From Octopus vulgaris (taxonomy: Eukaryota): DNA of 64,000 nt. The notes beneath the pieces are model-generated. The model was given only the letters and a program-made list of their open reading frames with translations, ran no database searches and had not been told where the DNA came from. The stretch lies in the NCBI GenBank assembly GCA_951406725.2, contig OX597817.1, forward strand, positions 144,150,001-144,214,000, written 5' to 3'. The position numbers and the translations under genes were made by a program. This document shows positions 55,398 through 64,000 of this stretch, one piece after another (the first letter of the stretch is position 1; each line of letters begins with the position of its first letter).

Positions 55398-56514
55398 AAG
55401 ACAACAGCAACAGTAACAGTAGCAGCAACAATAGCATCTTGACTATCCCCCAATCCATATTTCCCTTTTGCCTATATAATCGTTAGAGCTAGTGCCTAAT
55501 CTCAGAAATCTAAACTGAACTAAAAATGTTTAATATCCACATCTATCATGAATAATTTATGTTGCAATTAAAATCATAAAATCTTTCTCTTCAATCAAAC
55601 AATTACTCTTCGACACAATCTGTATTTAATTATCTGCTCTCACAAAATCGCTCATAATAATTTCCAATGGGGATTTTGCTTTCTTCGATAAAACAGCCTC
55701 TAATCTCTTCTTGGAATGAAATCAACTGTGATTTCTATCGCCTAATAAATCACAAGCAATCCGTTCGCCTAATTTTCTTTGTCAATAAGCTACGAAGCAA
55801 TTCCAAAGAAAATAAATACATAAATAGATAAATAAATACAAAATTAAACAATTGTACATTAATTTGTTCTACGCTATTTCTTCCAAACATATTTTATTTT
55901 TATTTAAACAAGCAATTTTCTATTCGTTTTGCTGTTACTGAACAAGAAAAAAATCGATCGATTCCGCCATGTTGCTCATGTATCTTATTCGTCTTGTTAA
56001 CTTTAAAAGTTGAATAGAAGAGAGATTCGGTTTGCAAGATATAACTAAGTTTGTAACGAAACACCACGTAACGAAACAATACGAGCTAATGAGGGAGACT
56101 TATACGTGGCTACTTGAAATAGCAGTTAAATTTTCATCAAAGTACATGGGCTTAAAGAAAAATGAAAGACCCATTAAATATTACTGTACTAGATGTTCAG
56201 TCCAAGCTAAATATTGATCTGCTAAATATTCAAAGATGTTCCAACCGTGACCATTCCGTCTTATTTTCAGACGGGCATGGCCCTGTGGTCAAGAAGACTG
56301 CATTGCAAGAACTAAGAGCCTACAAGTGGACTCTTCTATGGTAAATGACAGATGAGGGATCTGAAATTTCTTGTTAGACAGACAAGACAGATGGTTTAGA
56401 GCGATCAAGTGTATGCGTTGTACATCAGCTCACTCCCTCTCTCCATCAAATCGACATGGCCTGTACATGTGCCACATGTCGGATGTCGAAGTGACTGCTA
56501 TGTACACACAGACA

Positions 56515-56548
<34 letters not shown>

Positions 56549-56629
56549 CACACACACATGCACACGTTTATGCACACTCATATACACGCACACATCCTAA
56601 ACTCTTAAACTCTGTTGTTGTAAACGATG

Positions 56630-57000
56630 GATAAGGATTCCGCGGATGCGAACTCGGATGAACCGATTGCTGGTTACAGAAGTCCAGTAGATCGATAACA
56701 GCCGAATCTCCCGTGCTATGATCTTGTGTTTGCACCACGGAACAACCTCCACATTATGTTGGCAATCAAGATTATCTTTTGGCATTAATACTGTTTCTGT
56801 CTCTATTAATTATCTTTTAATAAGCCCACTGGCTATTTGCAACACCAGTACCTGAACAGAAACTGAGATTTTATAAATCATTGATAGAAGATTCAGCTGT
56901 TATGACGCTGCCGGACATCTGCCACTGAGGAACCCGTAGCAGGTTGAAATTACGTGATCTGGCAGTTCTAGAGGCCGTAGTAGACGATTCTTGTCTGTCA
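56630..57000 (-). pseudogene. Very old LINE reverse-transcriptase remnant
   Basis: Weak motifs CYGFLSGRC (QYGFR.GRS-like) and SNRFIRVRIRG. Confidence 0.35.
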
Positions 57001-57452
57001 ACGATATAGTTATGCGTACTTTTATGCATCACAAAACATTTTGAGAGACACTCTCAAGGGAAATAACGTTGTATTCTGTGTTCTAACACAACCTCCGCGT
57101 TGAGTTGGAGATCATTTGTATCGATGTATATATATATATACTCATTACAGATACAAGGTAAAGAATTATTAACTTAATAATTAATAAATTTTATCAAGTA
57201 GTTTCGGTATGGAAAAAAATCCATTATCGGTAAAAACTTGTACAAAAATTTTTTTTTTATACATAATTATATTTATAATTAAGGGTTTAACAACAAGTTG
57301 CTTCACCACATACCGAAAATTTAGAAATAACAGCCAAAAGACAGCTAATTCTTTTAACTACAAATATGACTCCACACACAACAATATTTGTAACTCAGTT
57401 ACAAATATTGTTGTCTGTGGAGTCATAAAACCCTTAATTATATATATGACCT

Positions 57453-57510
57453 TACGTGTTCTGTCTCTGCCTTCGAAACACGTGTCTGCTAGCGACAGCT
57501 GATGAAGGGG
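57453..57510 (+). ncRNA. Permuted hammerhead candidate (family 2, diverged copy)
   Basis: TACGTG TT CTGTCTCT g CCTTC GAAA CACGTG tctgct AGCGACAG CTGATGA A GGGG; downstream flank homologous to 34985-35180. Confidence 0.65.
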
Positions 57511-57771
57511 ATTTTTCCTTGTGTAGCATGTCCTGTACTTCGTTTTTCTGTTGCACATAATTGTTTTTTCCCATTTTCGTTTCCGTTTCGTTTTGTTCCA
57601 CGTCTCTGTCCTTCTGTTGTAACAAAATGTCTTTTCCGTTTTCGTTCTGTTGATTTTTTCGTCTTCCTGTGATGTCCTGTACGTATATATATTTATATAT
57701 GCATGTATATATACATGTAGATGTCGGTACGTACATATATGTTTGTATGTATGCATATATTTTATTTATTA

Positions 57772-57802
<31 letters not shown>

Positions 57803-57805
57803 CCC

Positions 57806-57855
<50 letters not shown>

Positions 57856-57929
57856 TTTTGTAAAGTTATAAGCATCTAATTATTAAAGTGGAAAAATTAT
57901 CAGAAAGGCCACTTCAATTAATGTTTTCA

Positions 57930-57970
<41 letters not shown>

Positions 57971-58182
57971 GCACAGAGTCGTCAAAGCGTCCAAAAGTCT
58001 GTAAAAGTATATATTCATCAGGTATCCATTAAGGCCAAGCTTACCATTCAAATGTTTATAACAGATCGGTTATGTAACACCACGTGCTCATCAAAGCTAG
58101 CAGGTATGGACATATAATACTGTAAACTTTGATTCATATATATATATATAAATATATATATATACACACATACATACACAAA

Positions 58183-58228
<46 letters not shown>

Positions 58229-58284
58229 TATATATGGATAAAACATACATATATATGGATACTTATTTATACATACATATGCAC

Positions 58285-58462
<178 letters not shown>

Positions 58463-58782
58463 GCAGACAGGTAGATAGAAATATAGATAGATTGATAAAT
58501 AGACAGATAGATAAAAAAAATCAATTGAAACGATAAAGCACGATGGTGAGAAGTGCTCGTCTGTATAGCAGAAGCATTTAACCGATTCCAGCAATGAGAA
58601 GTGTTTATGCTAGAAATAGCAATCACATCGCTTTGAAATCACACAACTCACTGTCTCTTAAAAAGAAGGAACATATTGAGTAACGTTATTCTAGATATAC
58701 GATCAAGAAGGTGGGGTGGTCGTGGCCAGAACGCCTTTAGAATTTGGCTGCTCGATCGGGACTGACATGGTTCGAAACAATA

Positions 58783-58794
58783 CCAACAACAACA

Positions 58795-58829
<35 letters not shown>

Positions 58830-58841
58830 CACCACCAGCAC

Positions 58842-58890
<49 letters not shown>

Positions 58891-58902
58891 CACCAGCAGC
58901 AG

Positions 58903-58968
<66 letters not shown>

Positions 58969-58983
58969 CACCACCACCAGCAC

Positions 58984-59048
<65 letters not shown>

Positions 59049-59073
59049 GCTGCTACTACTACTACTACTACTA
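58783..59073. repeat. (CTA)/(CCA)n tract
   Basis: Direct reading. Confidence 0.95.
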
Positions 59074-59589
59074 GTACAGGTCGATGACGGCGGCGACGAT
59101 GACGATGAAAAGTTAAAATGGCGAGGGACTGTAAAATTTATTGCTGACGATAAATCTGAATTGTAAATAAATGAACATTTATAAACATTCCCTTTCTTTT
59201 ACATGTTACATGTTCTTTGATGTAACAACTTTGTGATGTTCTCTCACAAAGATTTACACGTTGGGGGGGGGGAGTTGTCACGTGATGTGATGACGCCAAA
59301 CACGCGCATATATTCACCTAAATTTCCTCTCCATCCGTACATACATTCTATTGGAAAAGTCTGTGGTTTATTGCTCGACGCGCTAGAAAAAGCAGCCAAA
59401 TTTCTCTCAAACTATATATACATGCATAGCGGTATAGTATGAAATTACCTTTCAACCACGTGTTTTCGAGTTCAATACCACAGCTCGGCACCTTGGGGAT
59501 GTCTTCTACTATCGCCCCGAGCATCCCAAAGTCTTGTAAGTAAATTTGGTTGACAGAAAACTGAAGGAAGCCTGCTGTATACATACATG

Positions 59590-60102
59590 GCCTATGCCAG
59601 GAGTGTAACCAGCCAACTTATGCGTACCTTTCCTTCATTGGACACGAAACTCTGCTTGCGAAGACCTGTTGAGGCAAGTGAAATCGAAATCGAAAGCAAA
59701 TTCGATGACTGGCATCCGTGCTAGTGGAGCGCTAAGTGTACCATACGAGTGTGATCGTTGCCAGAGCAACAAGCTGGCCTCTGTGCCGGTGGCACGTAAA
59801 AAACGCCATTCCAGCGTGATCGTTACCTGCGTCGCCTTACTGGCATTTGTGCTGGTGGCACGTGAAAAAACATTCGAGCGAGGTCGTTGCCAGTACCGCC
59901 TGACTGGCCCTCGTGTCGGTGACACGTAAAAGTACCCACTACACTCTCGGAGTGGTTTGCGTTAGGAAGGGCATCCAGCTGTAGAAACTCTGCCAGATCA
60001 GATTGGAATCAGGCGCAGCCATCTGGTTCGCCAGACCTCAGTCAAATCGTCCAACCCATGCTAGCATAGAAAGCGGACGTTAAACGATGATGATGATGAT
60101 GA
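59590..60102 (+). mobile_element. SINE family D (5'-truncated) with internal ~65-bp tandem units
   Basis: Units start at 59709, 59774, 59840 and 59904; TTAGGAAGGGCATCCAGCTGTAGAAA tail ending in (GAT)n. Confidence 0.7.
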
Positions 60103-61785
60103 TACATACATACATACATATATACATATCTGAACACATACATACATACATACATACATACATACATACATACATACATACATACATACATACATACATA
60201 CATACATACGTAAGATTTAAAGGATGACGTCTAAATCAGGAAAAAGTCCCTTCACAACTTTGCTACCAAGTCTCGGTGACCGGTCTAAATTTACTCTAAA
60301 TTAAAAAGAGAAAGAGAAGGCATACATCTACACATGAAGGAATGATATATGTATGCAAATCTGTGCGTGTATTTGTAGTTTGGTTAAAAGAAAATATATC
60401 ACCCCCATCGCTTGACAACCGGTGTTGGTCTGTTGATGTCCCCGTAAGTTACTGGTCCGGCAAAATAGAGCCTGATAAAATAAGTAGCTAACGTAAAAAC
60501 AAAATAAGTTGTGGGGTTGATTTGTACGACTAAAGCCATCAAAGTGGTGCCCGAACATGGCCACAATCCAATGACTGGAAGAAGTAAAGGAGAAAAGATG
60601 TTTATCTTTAGATTATAGAAGGTATATATTTGTCAATTAAGCCCACTGTTGCTAATTAATTAGTTAAATAAATAAATAAGTAAAAAGGCGGAAAGTTAAT
60701 GATTGGTGATCACCGGTCTGCTCGATCAGGGCTGACCAAGGGTTAATCACCACACCCGCCACCACCACCACAACCACAACAACAACAAAAAAAAAAAAAA
60801 AAACAACAACTTAATGATTACTGGTGATTAACCCTCGATCAGGGCTGACCATGGGTTCATCACCCCCCCACCATTACCCCCCACCCAACAACAACAACAA
60901 TTCATCTTTTACTTGTTTCATTCCTTTGATTGCGGCCATTGTTCACGTCGTTTGTTTACGTCCCCGTAACTTAACGGTCCGGTAAAAGAGAACCGATAGA
61001 ATAAGTACTAGGCCTTAAGAGAAAAAAAAAAAAAAAACTCGGCTCGATTCGTCTGAGTAAAAAAACAAACTCTTCAATGTGCTGCCCCAGCATGACCGCA
61101 ATCTATCGACCGAAACGCTAAAATAAAGATAAACTATAAAACGTAGTCTCAGGTAAGATCTGAACGAGCAGACCCATGAATGAAAAGGTATTCCATTCCT
61201 GATATTCTTACCATTTTGTATATATTAGGGATAACATTGCCTAATCCATTCTTCGTTTCATTGAATACAGAGAAATATCAGAGTTACGGGAGATTTGGTT
61301 GTTGTTTCCAGCAGGAAGAACCGCCTAGAGCTATTTTCCCCCCTTTAATGACGCGTTTTCTCATATTTTTTTTAACCAGGCGGGAGATCACGTGACGTGA
61401 TGACGTCTTACACCTGCTCATATTCACCTAGATTTCTTCACATTCAATGTTTAGTAATTCTTATCAATGGTTACTATAGTGACAGAGCCGTCATGTGATC
61501 GCAGCCATAAACGTCATCGACGCCATAACGACATGAAACGCTGGTACTAAAACCCATGTTTTCCCCACACAATTATGCACATTTAACGATGGTATTAAGC
61601 AATATCAGCATATTTTTTCCTCTGGAAATTGAATAAAATCGATAGCTGAAGAGAAAAATTGGGTTTTGCCTATTAATGGAAAACATTTTAACATAGGATT
61701 AGTTGTGACGACGACTGGATTTTCAGATATGTTGCCGTTTTCATATGAAAGATAATCTTTGATGTGCGAAAGGCCTTCGTTGGAA

Positions 61786-61858
<73 letters not shown>

Positions 61859-61968
61859 TATGTGTGTGTGTGTGTGTGTGTTTGTGTGTGTGTGCGTGCG
61901 TGTATGCATGCATGTACGTGTGCATGTAAATTGATTTTTCGTCTGTCTGTCTGTCTGTCACCTCCACG

Positions 61969-62008
<40 letters not shown>

Positions 62009-62319
62009 CTATATATATATATATATACACACACATATATATGTATATGGACGTATATGTATGTGTGTACGAGCCTATGTATGTGAGTCGTGTATGTATA
62101 TATATAGATGTGTGTGTGTATATGTATGACTGTACATACATACCTACATACGCGCGCACGTGCACATACAAATATGCTTGTATGTATGTATTAGTGTATA
62201 TATATATATATATATGTATATTTGATATAGATATATAGATACATATTTGAAAGAACAGACAGCAATATTACCGATATTTTAATATTGTGTACATGTATGT
62301 ATAGATATATACACATATG

Positions 62320-62365
<46 letters not shown>

Positions 62366-62461
62366 TACATATACACATATACATGTCAGTATATATATGT
62401 ATATATATTTACACACTGTAAACTGAATACATATATATATATATATGTATATATGTGTAGG

Positions 62462-62518
<57 letters not shown>

Positions 62519-63275
62519 ATATATATATGTGTATATATATATATATGTATATATATTCAGTTTACAGCATGTCTTTACTTAGTTTCATGTCCTCCGGATA
62601 ATCATCAGACAATGAATGCTGCATCAGAACAGCTCGTCTGTCTGTCTGACTGCTTGTCTGTCTGTTCGTCGGTTTGTTTGTCTTTCCAATTCTGCTCTAA
62701 TGGCTTATTTACATCTACATTTCTCTAAAAACTCCTTTTTTACCGAGTTTTTAAATACTATTTATACACACACGCACGCACACACACACACATACACAAA
62801 TACACACGTAGACATAAACATACACGCCGAAACACATACATTGAAATGCAAGCTCATCCATACGCACAACACTTCTATATGTATGTTTATATGTAACGAC
62901 ACGCATACACGTATCCAAATTACTACACAATACCACGTGACGTGTAGCACATGCGTACATATGCATATCATCCATTTCATATGCAGTGTTTGATTAACAG
63001 TTTACGAGGCTCCACTCTGCTGTAGACAGCAGACGTTACTCTAATCCAGTTGCGTGGTCTAGATTAACGCTAAATAAAGTGTCTTGCTCAAGGACATCCC
63101 GTGCCACCCGAAGTGGGAATCGAACTCATGATTATACGACCGTGAGCCCACTAGCTTAAACATTACACAAAATGTTTTCCCACACATATACCTATACATC
63201 ACAAATGTCGTTATACATACACGAACATATATATATATACATGTATATATACATATATATATATACATATATATA

Positions 63276-63627
63276 CTAGTAGTATCGCTCGGGTTTGTTT
63301 CGACCCTTTAGAATTAGAATTTTTGAAAAGTAAAAATTTTGCATTATGTAGCTTGCTATTCTCTTTAAGTGAACATTTTTCTGGTTGAAATACACCGAAA
63401 AATGGCGATACAGCAGTCAAAAAATCGTAAAAAACAGAGATTTTCATAGAAAAAAAAGCACCTTTTTAATGTAAATAATTTTTGGTCCGATTTGAATTTT
63501 AACCTCTACGGAATGAAGAGCAAGTCATCTTCTATCATACTCTCAATTTTGGTCAACTTGCGCCGCAGTAGTGTTAGTTGAAGGCTACCAAACCTGCCAC
63601 ACACAGACTACTTCAGCTTTATATATA
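63276..63627 (-). mobile_element. Non-autonomous Helitron (deleted copy)
   Basis: Copy of the 15084 family. Confidence 0.75.
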
Positions 63628-63740
63628 TGTATATATGTATATATACTATATATTTGTTGTTATTTTGCTTCAGTGTTATTTATTTTTTACATTAATCTTA
63701 ATCTTATTTCGGCCAGAGTTCTTTCGTCACACTCCTGTGA

Positions 63741-63851
<111 letters not shown>

Positions 63852-63859
63852 TATATACA

Positions 63860-64000
63860 AAGATGAACCGGATCCTCGAAACACACAACATCATTAAAAG
63901 TAAACGGCAACCTAAACTGCACTCAACATCAACCACAAAACCAGCAGTTAGAAAATGTGGAAGGCCCAACTGCGAAATCTGTGTCATCTTGGTAGAAGGT
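63860..64000 (+). mobile_element. PLE fragment running off the window
   Basis: [18 protein letters not shown]...KPAVRKCGRPNCEIC, homologous to 26545-26710; begins at (TA)n. Confidence 0.8.

Noticed and set aside
54900-55442. Glu/Gly-rich 180-aa ORF as a host exon
   Set aside because: Starts inside a SINE and is a GAA/GGA tract open in several frames.
57190-57245. Hammerhead-like CCGATAA..GAAA on the minus strand
   Set aside because: The core is doubly deviant and stems I and III could not be assigned.
59709-59935. CRISPR-like repeat-spacer appearance (also 36513-36650)
   Set aside because: Eukaryotic context, degenerate repeats and no cas genes; at 59.7 kb the intervening sequences are homologous to each other.

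Overview
AT-rich, microsatellite-saturated animal genomic DNA. The SINE families point to a coleoid cephalopod, probably Octopus (inferred, not searched). I found no host-gene exon, and almost all long ORFs in the track are translations of simple repeats. The window is a transposon mosaic. It holds a young 5'-truncated Penelope-like element (PLE) with an open RT + GIY-YIG frame (25.6-27.1 kb), several PLE relics and solo pseudo-LTRs (pLTRs), and a decayed mariner. It also holds a Chapaev3-like relic; R4/Dong, RTE, CR1 and I/R1-type LINE 3' ends; non-autonomous Helitrons; MITEs; and at least four SINE families. The main hidden signal is RNA structure: about 19 hammerhead-ribozyme-like motifs can be folded by eye, mostly in PLE pLTRs. 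Four of them, from two sequence-unrelated families (24.5/25.2 kb minus; 34.9/57.5 kb plus), have all three hammerhead strands and stems but in a rearranged, non-circularly permuted (pseudoknotted) order. Other notable items are a tRNA-headed SINE-like unit carrying a hammerhead, back-to-back opposite-strand hammerheads, a TSD-bounded SINE insertion that captured 207 bp found 27 kb away, and three near-perfect inverted repeats clustered at 32-34.4 kb. All folding and family calls are manual, and no ribozyme activity is demonstrated.
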